Part shown: positions 36,333-45,716 of the stretch, piece after piece
How positions within the stretch are numbered: position 1 is the stretch's first letter
Layout of the letters: every line of letters starts with the position of its first letter
Source: a virus
Taxonomy: Duplodnaviria; Heunggongvirae; Uroviricota; Caudoviricetes
DNA: 64,000 nt
IMG/VR virus record: IMGVR_UViG_3300025015_000009
Coordinates: 1 to 64,000 of that record
Strand: one strand, 5' to 3'
The notes under the pieces: generated by a model
The model's database searches: none
What the model saw: only the letters and a program-made list of their open reading frames with translations
What the model was told of the DNA's origin: nothing
Position numbers and translations under genes: made by a program

Positions 36333-38341
36333 TTTGGTTCTCCTTTGGAAATTAGACTAATGTACTGATTTACACACTCCGAAACTGTAGCGCGAACTCG
36401 AGAATTATACGACGGTCTTTCTATGTGCTGTAACAACGGGTACCGCTGTTTGATCTCGTTTAACCGTCGACGAAGATTACACATTGTAACAGACGGGCCA
36501 ACTTTAAACAACCCCAGTTCGTTCGCTAACACTGATATTTGGGAAGATAACAACCGCCCTATCTCACTCGATGTGTTTGGTGTCTTAGATATTGTATCCA
36601 ACACCAAGCAAACGTCTGTTCCAGGTGTTAGATCAAGACTTGATACGTGTCTATAAAACAGATCAGCTTTCAATTCAGCTGCTACCCCTACGTCAAGATA
36701 CGGTTGAACATACGGCTCATATTTCTTCTGAATTTCATCAGCGATCTCAGTGACTGATTTACACCAAGTGATCGGAGTGCCACCTTTCTTGATCGCAAAT
36801 ACAGTGCAACCTGAGGTAAACTCAACTGCAACTGCGGTTTTATCCGCATGAACATCAACTTGCTTGTCTATTTCTGTCCACACTGCTGTGAGATTAGTTG
36901 CAACCAGTAGCAGGTTGGCTTTATCTTCTGTTATTTTAACAAACCGAGCTTTCTGTCTAATATATAAATCTGACCTTGTTCGTGTTCTTACTGCAACTGC
37001 TTTAGTTAACGGCAACGATGTGCCGTTAACAGCCCGTTTTACGATCTCAGGTCCAAACTCATCAAACGAATCAGCAACAATACACAACGTATTTTGGAGT
37101 TTAGATCGTTGCCTTACTCGTGCTGCTGTTGTCTTGTCGTCATTTATTACAAATATTACCCGACCAGCGACTATGTCAGATGCGGTAATCGACACCTCTT
37201 TGTACGACTCTGAATAACGTATATGACCATGTAACCCTTGCCGACGGCATGAACTCAGACGCTGTATCGACCCGTCTACTGCGATACCATACTTGGTAGG
37301 GTCGGCCAATGGAAATTTGATGCACTCGGTGTTCTGGACTCCGAACTGGTTCCCGACGATAGCATTTGAACAGTATCTACTTCCGAATTTGCTCTGTATC
37401 TGCTGAGCAGCCAAGATGAACGCCAGCTTGTCTGTTGCTCCTGCTAACATAGCACTGATATCGGCTCGAATAAGATCGTCTACCTCTTTAAACCTCGTCT
37501 CAAGTGCGTCGATTGTCCGGGTAGTATATCGAAGTTTCTCCCTGGACAAATCTACGTCCAGCTCGTTTAGATTAAAAAACAAATCTAAGCATATAGACGA
37601 CATACCCACTGGCACTCGTCCGTCTAGTTTAGTAAAGTTGATTCCGTAACCTCGGATGCCGAGCACAGCAACCATGCCTCGGTGGACAGTAATACCGGCA
37701 ACGCCAGGGTACTTAGTTGTATACTCGGGCTTCTCTACCGTTACTCCCTGTACGTTAGGTTGTACGGTGTAATACGTAAATGCAGTGTTTACCGCAGACT
37801 TGAACCCATCGACTGACTCAGGTGACACCGGAATCACCACTTCTAATCCGGTAGACAGAGTTGCGTACTCTCGAATCTTTGTCAGTGACGGAATTCCGTC
37901 ACTGTTTATCACAATCATGTAATGTCTAGCCACCTGGTTGTGGCTGGAGATGATCTGCCAAGTGTCAGTTACGGCCGCAGGGGACTTAGAACCGATTCCG
38001 TAACCACCAATGAAATCATCTGACCCCGATTTGTTTGACTCACCGTATGTAGTAAGAAATTTAATCACATCATCGTGTGACAACCCAGGGCCGTAGTCTT
38101 TTACAACCAGCGTAGGCGACAACCTAGTGGGTATCTGGATTTCAATTGGAACGTGTTCCTTTCCTACCAACTTATGAGCATCAACCGCGTTAGAAGCGAG
38201 CTCATGCAACACCGCCAGTTCCTTGTTGGAATACAAAAACGACGACAACATAGAGAACAGCTTCGAACTATTCGCAGTAGTCTTAAATTGTACTAGGTCT
38301 GTGATGTTTGTGCTGGTTGCGAGGTTCTCTTTGATAATCAT
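36329..38341 (-). CDS. GHKL-family ATPase protein (rIIA-like, tentative)
   Basis: N-box ELASNAVDA, G1 VKDYGPGL and G2 GGYGIGSKS within the first 130 aa. 670 aa. T4 rIIA carries an N-terminal HATPase_c domain and is of similar size. Confidence 0.45.
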   Translation of the reverse strand: MIIKENLATSTNITDLVQFKTTANSSKLFSMLSSFLYSNKELAVLHELASNAVDAHKLVGKEHVPIEIQIPTRLSPTLVVKDYGPGLSHDDVIKFLTTYGESNKSGSDDFIGGYGIGSKSPAAVTDTWQIISSHNQVARHYMIVINSDGIPSLTKIREYATLSTGLEVVIPVSPESVDGFKSAVNTAFTYYTVQPNVQGVTVEKPEYTTKYPGVAGITVHRGMVAVLGIRGYGINFTKLDGRVPVGMSSICLDLFFNLNELDVDLSREKLRYTTRTIDALETRFKEVDDLIRADISAMLAGATDKLAFILAAQQIQSKFGSRYCSNAIVGNQFGVQNTECIKFPLADPTKYGIAVDGSIQRLSSCRRQGLHGHIRYSESYKEVSITASDIVAGRVIFVINDDKTTAARVRQRSKLQNTLCIVADSFDEFGPEIVKRAVNGTSLPLTKAVAVRTRTRSDLYIRQKARFVKITEDKANLLLVATNLTAVWTEIDKQVDVHADKTAVAVEFTSGCTVFAIKKGGTPITWCKSVTEIADEIQKKYEPYVQPYLDVGVAAELKADLFYRHVSSLDLTPGTDVCLVLDTISKTPNTSSEIGRLLSSQISVLANELGLFKVGPSVTMCNLRRRLNEIKQRYPLLQHIERPSYNSRVRATVSECVNQYISLISKGEPK

Positions 38342-38344
38342 AGT

Positions 38345-38557
38345 CTATTCCTTTGTAATAGCGGATTTGGCGGCTTCGATTGCAGACTCGAACGTGTCGT
38401 GAACCGAATCAATTGTGACTAGCTTATATGGATTTGATACAATAAACTTGCCGTCGGATGTACGCACAACGTTTCTGCTGGTGCCGCAGTGTTCGGAGGT
38501 CCAATTGGATACATTCCACCCCTTGTCAAACTTAGTAACTGTAACTTCTGGTACCAT
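38345..38557 (-). CDS. Hypothetical protein
   Basis: 70 aa. The conserved promoter and leader lie upstream at 38560..38624. Confidence 0.35.
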   Translation of the reverse strand: MVPEVTVTKFDKGWNVSNWTSEHCGTSRNVVRTSDGKFIVSNPYKLVTIDSVHDTFESAIEAAKSAITKE

Positions 38558-38588
38558 TTTGTTGTCCTGTTCTGCTATCCAATGTAGA

Positions 38589-38624
38589 CATTATACACTC
38601 TTTAGCGCAGAAGTCAACCAAAAT
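38589..38624 (-). promoter_or_regulatory. Conserved promoter cassette (variant copy with shared leader)
   Basis: CATTATACACTCTTTAGCGCAGAAGTCAACCAAAAT plus the shared leader GGATAGCAGAACAGGACA. About 65 bp is shared with 41625..41690. Confidence 0.5.
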
Positions 38625-38812
38625 CAAGCAACGTAACACATTGAATTGTAAGTTACTATCGACGAACCCACGCTAACGTGGTTACTTTCCTATTGCATCT
38701 TGCTTGAATACGTTAACCCATACTATGTTAAATAGAACAAATAGAATCACTATTAACCAGGCAAACGGCACCCAGAGGTACGATAACACCCTTAGCAGTT
38801 GTTTCATCTGAG

Positions 38813-39079
38813 TTAATCTTCCGGCGGAAAAGCTACTTGTCCTGGTACCAACGGATCACCACAGGATTCCCAATACGGTGAAAGAGCTTCTTCATGAAAA
38901 TGAACCGTGTCCACTGTAATAAGGTAATCGGTTAATTCTACCGCTAAAACTCTTAGTTCTTTAACAGATAATTTGCTCGCCCAATCAACCAGGCGAGCAT
39001 GGTTAATTTCGGCTAATCTTCTTTTTTCTTCTCTGCTTGTAATAGACATTAACCCTCCTATAACTACAATACTAGTCAA
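38813..39079 (-). CDS. Hypothetical protein
   Basis: 88 aa. Confidence 0.3.
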   Translation of the reverse strand: MTSIVVIGGLMSITSREEKRRLAEINHARLVDWASKLSVKELRVLAVELTDYLITVDTVHFHEEALSPYWESCGDPLVPGQVAFPPED

Positions 39080-39267
39080 TATTCAGTAGTGCGGTAATTC
39101 TTGGAATTCGCAACACCGGCCCAGTTCCACGATTTTACTTTTTTACACCCACATAACGCACAGGTAAACCTTGCTGCACCCGTTGGGTGAGTTGAGATCA
39201 CAGGCACGCCGTCGCCCCAATAATGCCTACAAAAGAGCTGAGTTAAAAATAGTTTCATTTGTTTCAT
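39076..39267 (-). CDS. Small Cys-rich (zinc-ribbon-like) protein
   Basis: CRHYW...CALCGC. Confidence 0.3.
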   Translation of the reverse strand: MKQMKLFLTQLFCRHYWGDGVPVISTHPTGAARFTCALCGCKKVKSWNWAGVANSKNYRTTEY

Positions 39268-39300
39268 TCAATGCGCCTCCTTGTACGAGTTGATCCAAAA

Positions 39301-39666
39301 CTAGCGAATGCCCAAGGCGTCCTTTTCTTGAGGTGATAACTTCGCTAACGCATCTGCCCGAAGCTGAGCAGTATAGTCGATTGTGCTTTCAGCTGGAGCA
39401 GCTAGAGCAGTGTTATCTACTGTGGTTACCGACGCAGTAGCCTTTCCGACGGGGTAGGTAACAGTTGTTGTTGAATTTGGGCAGCGGACAACGGTTATTG
39501 AGTTATTCCCTGCCTTTACGGAATAAGCTCTACACCCGTTGAGTGCCGGAAGAGTTGCCATCGCGTGGGTGTAGTCAGTTTCGTGCGCTGAGTAGAAGTT
39601 GTCGTCCTTACTACATGCCGTTAGCAACACCGCGGCAACCACTGTTGCACATATCTTCTTAATCAT
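39301..39666 (-). CDS. Putative lipoprotein
   Basis: Signal peptide MIKKICATVVAAVLLTAC with lipobox LTAC. Confidence 0.5.
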   Translation of the reverse strand: MIKKICATVVAAVLLTACSKDDNFYSAHETDYTHAMATLPALNGCRAYSVKAGNNSITVVRCPNSTTTVTYPVGKATASVTTVDNTALAAPAESTIDYTAQLRADALAKLSPQEKDALGIR

Positions 39667-39729
39667 ATATTTCCCCTATTGTTTGTATTTGTTTTGATAA
39701 TAAACCTGAGAAATTACGTTCTTACGTAA

Positions 39730-39966
39730 TCACTGTATTTCCTTTTTAACTTGTGCGAGGGTTTGTTCTATAGCTTCCCGCATCTGGATTTCGGTATATA
39801 ACGAGTGACCGATAACATCCTCATTTATCAGGAAGGACGCAGAAATAATTTTCCCACCATCTGCTACCAAAGTACTATTTTTATGCTGTCGGGTAACATA
39901 CCCAACTGGCTCGATAGTTTTCATAACCTGCAAAACAACATCTGTTGTCACTACGCTATTACTCAT
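39730..39966 (-). CDS. Hypothetical protein
   Basis: 78 aa. Confidence 0.3.
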   Translation of the reverse strand: MSNSVVTTDVVLQVMKTIEPVGYVTRQHKNSTLVADGGKIISASFLINEDVIGHSLYTEIQMREAIEQTLAQVKKEIQ

Positions 39967-39975
39967 GTGGTTTCC

Positions 39976-40482
39976 TTAACTAGTTAATGTTTGATATGGG
40001 ACACCAGATAGATTGGCTGTTTTTTGCGCGTACCTTAAAAACAACCCACTGCGATAACCGCCTTCGCTCCACCGCAGTTCCATGAGCATCGTGCTCAACA
40101 CACGGATAACCATTTCAGGTGGCATATCCTTGATAACATAAAGTTTGGGGCCACCCGCAAAATACACCCCACCGTTATCGAGGTCGTAATCATCAATCGC
40201 TATTGGCTCTGCCCCGGACACCGAAATAAGGGTTTGGGCAGTATGTATAGCCGCGTCACACTCTATAAACTCACGCTTTTCCATGTGATGGCAAGCCGAG
40301 TCCAGTACGGTTCTTAGCAAGCCAATTGAGTAAGCGGCACTAGCGGGATTTTCTGCGGGTTGCATCATGTATTTTCCTTCTTTTGAATATGGAGGACCAT
40401 AACTCCCCGCTTGCTCCCATTTTGCACAGATACCTTTAGCATGAGCCACCCTATCATGCCCCATACGACTATCATGCCCCAT
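39976..40482 (-). CDS. Hypothetical protein
   Basis: 168 aa. Confidence 0.3.
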   Translation of the reverse strand: MGHDSRMGHDRVAHAKGICAKWEQAGSYGPPYSKEGKYMMQPAENPASAAYSIGLLRTVLDSACHHMEKREFIECDAAIHTAQTLISVSGAEPIAIDDYDLDNGGVYFAGGPKLYVIKDMPPEMVIRVLSTMLMELRWSEGGYRSGLFLRYAQKTANLSGVPYQTLTS

Positions 40483-40662
40483 ACGAATATGCCGAATGCA
40501 CTGTCGAATGTGAAATCTTGTCCTGTGAAAGACACCACATAGATCATGTCAGCTGCTGCAAACAACAGCAAAAGTCCCAGGCCAGCAAAGATCTTATCTT
40601 CTGTGTTCATGTTGCTCCTTTCAGACTACAAGCGAACCAATCGGCCATGTGTCTGGCCTATG

Positions 40663-40956
40663 TTATACGGGCAGGATGCCGGAACCCCCGCACTTATCGC
40701 ACAAAGGTGAATCAAAATCTTGCCGCCATTTCACGCCGTTGTCGCAGTGGGGACATTCTTGTACTTTCGTGTCTGTGCTCTGCGCACCTTCCGGATTCAG
40801 GGCCGCTCGGGCGACCTTTACCGCAAAGGCCTCAAGCTGTGCATAATTGTCAAACACAATCTCTCCTTTGCTACAGTCATAGCAATTATCGTCGAGAATT
40901 TCGTAAGCGCCGCATTCCTTAGCCAGGTCAAAGTAGTTACGTATCACGAACATCAC
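40663..40956 (-). CDS. Cys-rich zinc-binding small protein
   Basis: CYDCSKG...CPHCDNG...CDKCGGSG. Confidence 0.35.
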   Translation of the reverse strand: MMFVIRNYFDLAKECGAYEILDDNCYDCSKGEIVFDNYAQLEAFAVKVARAALNPEGAQSTDTKVQECPHCDNGVKWRQDFDSPLCDKCGGSGILPV

Positions 40957-41303
40957 TCCTTATTAACACCTTTACACACAGGTGAATCAAAGTTTTGTAG
41001 CAAAATACTTTTGACGTGCTGCCAGTTCCATGTTAGCATAATGCACCTCGTCCATGTACTGTCCGGCCTTAGGTCCAGTTGGATTAGCTTTTACCGCAGC
41101 ATTTGCATCGTTGATAATATATGTCAATGAAGTATTGCTCTTATCCTTGAATGCAGCCATTGTTTTAGTGTGCCAGTTACCTGAATCTAACGCTTTTTGA
41201 TGCGCCACATTCGCACGTTTTCCTCTGGGAATAGAGTCAGGATGGATAGTAAGGTTCACCGTAGTACATGCATTGTCTTTAGTGTTAGGTAACATCGTTT
41301 CCT

Positions 41304-41624
41304 CTATTTGAACGTGTTCAACGCTGGGTTGTGAGTCCGAATCATTTCTAGCTCTGCAACATGGGCTTCTTTCTTGCCTCTGACAATAGCAAGCAACCCG
41401 TACACGAAGTTCTCTGGTCCATGTTCGCGGAGACTGTTGCATAGTCCCCAGTTCTTGCATTCATTGCGAGCTCGCTCTGCGTGTTTCTGCATACGAACTT
41501 TAAGCGCACGTTTGATCCCACCAGCAATAACAGTAATTCCGATATATTGCTCGTTTGTCAACACATTTTGAATGACATATATTGCATGGTTCCTGTCACT
41601 TCTTGCTTTACGAATACGTGCCAT
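41304..41624 (-). CDS. GIY-YIG endonuclease (catalytic domain; possibly frame-disrupted)
   Basis: The likely start is MARIRK at about 41624. AIYVIQNVLTNEQYIGIT...R...H...N matches the I-TevI-like GIY-YIG core. The downstream reading continues in another frame (40987..41460). Confidence 0.6.
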   Translation of the reverse strand: MARIRKARSDRNHAIYVIQNVLTNEQYIGITVIAGGIKRALKVRMQKHAERARNECKNWGLCNSLREHGPENFVYGLLAIVRGKKEAHVAELEMIRTHNPALNTFK

Positions 41625-41654
41625 TTGCTGTCCTGTTCTGCTATCCAATGTAAA

Positions 41655-41690
41655 CATTATACACTCTTTAACGTAGAAGTCAACCAAAAT
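41655..41690 (-). promoter_or_regulatory. Conserved promoter cassette (variant copy with shared leader)
   Basis: CATTATACACTCTTTAACGTAGAAGTCAACCAAAAT plus the leader shared with the 38560 region. Confidence 0.5.
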
Positions 41691-41745
41691 GAAACACAGT
41701 AAGTCGTTGATTGTCAACGAAAAATTCTTACTACAAATCAACGAC

Positions 41746-42024
41746 TTACAGGTCGGGCCATTTAATTAGTGCTAGTGTAACAAGATCCATCGCTTCCTTC
41801 TTGTTACTGTACTTCCACGAAGAGTTTCTCAGACTTTTGGTCTGACTACCTCCTGGTGTTCTACTAAAGTGGCAGCGGACTACAGCTGAGTTATCAGCTG
41901 TAACATCCCAGATAAACGGTAACTGATATGTTACCATGTAATGCTTCCGTTTGGTATCAGTGTTAACTACTCGGTGACACGTTATATACCTGCTTTTGAA
42001 GATAACAACTCTCTTAATTGACAT
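41746..42024 (-). CDS. Hypothetical protein (paralogue of 42049..42297)
   Basis: The shared C-terminus NKKEAMDLVTLALIKWPDL pairs with NKKQAMNLITMALLKWPELI. Confidence 0.35.
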   Translation of the reverse strand: MSIKRVVIFKSRYITCHRVVNTDTKRKHYMVTYQLPFIWDVTADNSAVVRCHFSRTPGGSQTKSLRNSSWKYSNKKEAMDLVTLALIKWPDL

Positions 42025-42048
42025 ATGCCCTCAGATTTTACGTTATTG

Positions 42049-42297
42049 TTAGATTAGCTCAGGCCATTTAAGCAATGCCATAGTAATAAGATTCATTGCT
42101 TGTTTCTTGTTGGTGTATTCCCAAGGATAAACTCCACTTCCACACTGACAAAAATGACCGAGCAACTCGAGTTGTGCAGATGCAGGTGTTACTAAGTGTA
42201 GCTTTATTCGAATTATATACGTTGATCCTTTTGTACCTGGCCTATGGTGACTGGTGCATGACAAGCCATTTCCCTTGTATATGAGCAATGGAGTCAC
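42049..42297 (-). CDS. Hypothetical protein (paralogue of 41746..42024)
   Basis: See the pair above. Confidence 0.35.
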   Translation of the reverse strand: MTPLLIYKGNGLSCTSHHRPGTKGSTYIIRIKLHLVTPASAQLELLGHFCQCGSGVYPWEYTNKKQAMNLITMALLKWPELI

Positions 42298-42614
42298 GCC
42301 GACCGCTTCTCTTCAGTAGAAGTCCATCGTCTATTGGCAAACCCACGCAAGTAGCGGGAGCGCCGCTCTTCGGCTGCAAGGAGCCAGGCGCTTTCAGACA
42401 GTTCGCACCAATGGGTTGAGCCGCTTGGCATCGGCAAACAGTCGCTTGATATCCGACCGAAGCGCACGAAACCGTTGTCGTGCCAAAGCGCGGCAAGTTG
42501 CATATCTTCTGCGTTCATGTGTTGAGTGTGGACTGCACCACTGTGGTCAACCGCGCGAGATTCAAAATACAGTAATAGACTGCGCTCGTTCTTCGAGAAC
42601 GTTTCTAATTTCAA
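42294..42614 (-). CDS. Hypothetical protein
   Basis: 106 aa. Confidence 0.3.
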   Translation of the reverse strand: MKLETFSKNERSLLLYFESRAVDHSGAVHTQHMNAEDMQLAALWHDNGFVRFGRISSDCLPMPSGSTHWCELSESAWLLAAEERRSRYLRGFANRRWTSTEEKRSA

Positions 42615-42894
42615 CTTTCGCTCCTGATTTAACTTAGGTTACTATTGCGTTATGCACGCTCTATTTCTGAAATAGCATCGCGTATCTGTGTCCTTACTGG
42701 GTATGCCCACCAAAGCTCCGGATCATCGTATTGGTCATCATCGGACTTTATCGATTCGTGAGGTGAAATAATATCATCGACTTCATCTAGAATCAGCGTC
42801 AATTTTGCTTTGATCTTGTCTCGGTTTGCCATTATGTCTCCCATTATGTATCTACTTCTCAAATTTTAATACCACTCTGCCGATGACATACGAG

Positions 42895-43380
42895 TTACCC
42901 AACAAGATCTTTAAGATCCCAATACATCTTGCAATACTTGTCCATTCTTGCTGATGCCTTAGGACTAATTTCTTTCAGACGCCTTGCGTCCATATTATGG
43001 CGGAGGTCGCACAGTTTAACTCTAACCGCGTCGGTATTTGCTTTTATGCCAGCAACGTATACTTCGTGTGTCTGACCAGGAATCTTTGTAAGTGCCCGAA
43101 CGCCGGCGATAACTCGAGGGGTCATGCCTAAGTTATACAACTCGGTGTATCCGTCTTCTTGTACATCATAGCAATCTTCAACAACATCGTGCAACACTGC
43201 AATTGCCATTAGTTCGAGATCATCTGTTTTGAGATAGTGCATCACTTTGCTACAGTGCAAAAAGTACGGTAATCCACCTTTGTCAAATTGAGTTTTATGC
43301 TTTTCTGCTGCAAACGCAATTGCTGTTGCTAACATCGTCTTTTTCATAGTAACCTCTGCTATTGAGTTTGTATAATACAC
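42895..43380 (-). CDS. HD-domain hydrolase, RelA/SpoT (ppGpp hydrolase, Mesh1-like) type
   Basis: AFAAEKHKTQFDKGGLPYFLHCSKV...VLHDVVED matches the N-terminal HD region of SpoT/Mesh1. Upstream lies TTGACA-17-TATTAT. Confidence 0.5.
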   Translation of the reverse strand: MYYTNSIAEVTMKKTMLATAIAFAAEKHKTQFDKGGLPYFLHCSKVMHYLKTDDLELMAIAVLHDVVEDCYDVQEDGYTELYNLGMTPRVIAGVRALTKIPGQTHEVYVAGIKANTDAVRVKLCDLRHNMDARRLKEISPKASARMDKYCKMYWDLKDLVG

Positions 43381-43383
43381 TAA

Positions 43384-43815
43384 TTATTCGGCTCTGTCAA
43401 CCAAATAAGTTGTTGTAATCTGTACGGTTTTTTGTGTATTGTTAACAAAGTTCATGAATTCGTCAAGTTCAGATATAAAGTCGGTGTTGATATCGAAACT
43501 AACATAATCTTTCCCTTGCATTCCGCTTTCAGAATAATAAACTCCGCCGACTGCTCGCTCACTAAACCCGCCTGTAATCAATATCGATTTAAAATCGACG
43601 ATGAAACGAGGGTCTCCGTATATATAACCGTCGTTGCTTACTGTCCAACTACTTTCTGCAAAGTACACCCGGAGTTCTCCCCATTCTTCTGCGCTCTGTA
43701 ACACCGCAACTATGCCGGTTAGATAAACTACTTTTGCCCTCGTCGGTGTTACAGAGTACCATCGGTCAATGGTCCGACAACACCCAACGACCTCTTGGTA
43801 ATTTAGTTTGCTCAT
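43384..43815 (-). CDS. Hypothetical protein
   Basis: 143 aa. Confidence 0.3.
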   Translation of the reverse strand: MSKLNYQEVVGCCRTIDRWYSVTPTRAKVVYLTGIVAVLQSAEEWGELRVYFAESSWTVSNDGYIYGDPRFIVDFKSILITGGFSERAVGGVYYSESGMQGKDYVSFDINTDFISELDEFMNFVNNTQKTVQITTTYLVDRAE

Positions 43816-43913
43816 TCAATAAACTGTACATAATTGTAATTGTGTATTATTGCACATTTTAACCGATCTGTCAATCACTAATGTGAATAAATAAGTTATT
43901 ATTAGGACACACA

Positions 43914-44552
43914 ATGAGAGTAAAAGAGATTATAGTAGAAGGTGCCCAGCATCCGATCATAGTAGTTGATGTTCAACCCGAGTACGTCAAATATGGTGGA
44001 TACTCGACTCAGGATACATGCAAGGAAATCATTAACTTTGTTCAGAAACAAACAGGTCCAGTGTTAATGTTTGTTAATGCTGAACACACTGGGGTATCCG
44101 ACGATACTGTTCAGAGCATAAAGCAATACTGGGAGGAAACAGTAAACGGAGAACCAGTGTACGATAAAGAGTACGGTGATTATGTTGCCCCTGATCAGCA
44201 AATCAATTGGAGTAGATTCAGAGTAGTCGACAAAGGTTATGGATATTTTAGATCCTGGCTGGATTACGGTATAACCCCAGCTACGATCATACGAGTAATT
44301 CGGGCTATGTATCAGGCAAAAATAACCGATAGCCGTGATTTACCTGATTTAGAAAAAATAGTAGGTGACGAATGGGAACCCCGGATGTACGAGGATTCGT
44401 TGAGTGTTAAGTGGACTTCGATTGCTCAGCTAAAACGATTCAATAATGCATACTTAGTGGGTGGCGGCAGAGATGAATGTTTGCGTGAGGTTGAGCTACT
44501 CATGAATGCGTTCAACATTTCGTACAAACGTATAGATAGGTTGGTGTACTAA
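43914..44552 (+). CDS. Hypothetical protein, MRxxEIxxE N-terminal family
   Basis: Begins MRVKEIIVEG. First gene of a translationally coupled four-gene plus-strand cassette. Confidence 0.45.
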   Translation: MRVKEIIVEGAQHPIIVVDVQPEYVKYGGYSTQDTCKEIINFVQKQTGPVLMFVNAEHTGVSDDTVQSIKQYWEETVNGEPVYDKEYGDYVAPDQQINWSRFRVVDKGYGYFRSWLDYGITPATIIRVIRAMYQAKITDSRDLPDLEKIVGDEWEPRMYEDSLSVKWTSIAQLKRFNNAYLVGGGRDECLREVELLMNAFNISYKRIDRLVY

Positions 44553-44553
44553 T

Positions 44554-44943
44554 ATGAAGGCAACAGAATTTTTAACCGAGAAGTTCGTTATTAAGGATAA
44601 AATCGGTGGTATCGAATACGGAATCGGTGACCATTTTATGACGCAATGGCAACTACCTGAACGCAAGCACATTACATGGAATCAAATTACTCGTATTATC
44701 AAACGTATTCCGTACATAAAACCGAAACTGTTACAGATGATAAACTTTAATAAGTTTTACCTCAGAGACTCTGAAACCGGAGTAGAACTCGGGTGCAAGT
44801 TTACTACCTTTGGCAAGCCTGAGGTGTTGCTATTATATATTAACACTGTAGTATCAACTGATCATGTCCGAAAATCTGACACCCCAGTTATTGTTGTTAA
44901 CGGACCAGTAAAGTCACTAACTATACCGCAAGGCGCACAATGA
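44554..44943 (+). CDS. Hypothetical protein, same N-terminal family
   Basis: Begins MKATEFLTEK. Confidence 0.45.
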   Translation: MKATEFLTEKFVIKDKIGGIEYGIGDHFMTQWQLPERKHITWNQITRIIKRIPYIKPKLLQMINFNKFYLRDSETGVELGCKFTTFGKPEVLLLYINTVVSTDHVRKSDTPVIVVNGPVKSLTIPQGAQ

Positions 44944-45716
44944 GAATTAACGAAATCACAGAAGCTCAGGTTAAACCATATAAATCTAAGAACTTGTCTA
45001 TCGAGGCAGCGGTTAATAGGCTGAACACGTATTGCAAGGAATCGATTGCACTTATACATAATCCAATTTGGCGTGGGATGACTAATCATCGGCAGGAAAT
45101 CGTAATGATCGACCCGTCTACCGGAATGCGTAAGTCTGAGAACACATCTAACCATTACACTATACTAATAGATACTTCACCGCATTATGTTAACTGGCCG
45201 AAGCGAAGCAAGAGCTTAGTTTGCTCAACAGACCGAGCATATGCATACGGGTACTCGCAGAGAGACTCGTTGTATGCGATCTTTCCGTTTGACGGGGTTA
45301 AGGTAGCAGTTTGCCCAGACGAGGATATCTGGCACACTGCGGTTAATATTCCTGAGTTCGACATATCAGAAGAGCTATATAAAGTTAATCGTATCCTCTC
45401 TGATAACTTTAGAATACCGGCGACGAGTTTCAGTGCAATGGTGGGATATATTCAAACACCCCAGTTCGCTAACTTATTTTGGCAGAAATTAAATCCGAAG
45501 TTCAAGAAAGTTGTGCCCAGTGACATGCTCGATATCCTCTATCGGGCATTGGCACCGCATAAGGTCGGATTTAAGTTGCTGTCAACTTCAGAACTAGCAA
45601 ACGCGCACTACTATGACAACGAGGTGTGGTTCAGCGGGCCGTGTATAGCAATCCGAGAGGATCTATACAAACGGTTTGTAGAAGAATATGATGTACAGAA
45701 CGACGGTGTAAAATGA
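44940..45716 (+). CDS. Hypothetical protein, same N-terminal family
   Basis: Begins MRINEITEAQ. The start overlaps the previous stop (ATGA). Confidence 0.45.
   Translation: MRINEITEAQVKPYKSKNLSIEAAVNRLNTYCKESIALIHNPIWRGMTNHRQEIVMIDPSTGMRKSENTSNHYTILIDTSPHYVNWPKRSKSLVCSTDRAYAYGYSQRDSLYAIFPFDGVKVAVCPDEDIWHTAVNIPEFDISEELYKVNRILSDNFRIPATSFSAMVGYIQTPQFANLFWQKLNPKFKKVVPSDMLDILYRALAPHKVGFKLLSTSELANAHYYDNEVWFSGPCIAIREDLYKRFVEEYDVQNDGVK

Noticed and set aside
40987-41460. ORF 40987..41460 as an independent 157-aa gene
   Set aside because: Its N-terminal half overlaps the GIY-YIG CDS in another frame and reads as junk (MQELGTMQQSPRTW...). It is more likely the out-of-frame C-terminal DNA-binding part of a frameshifted endonuclease gene.
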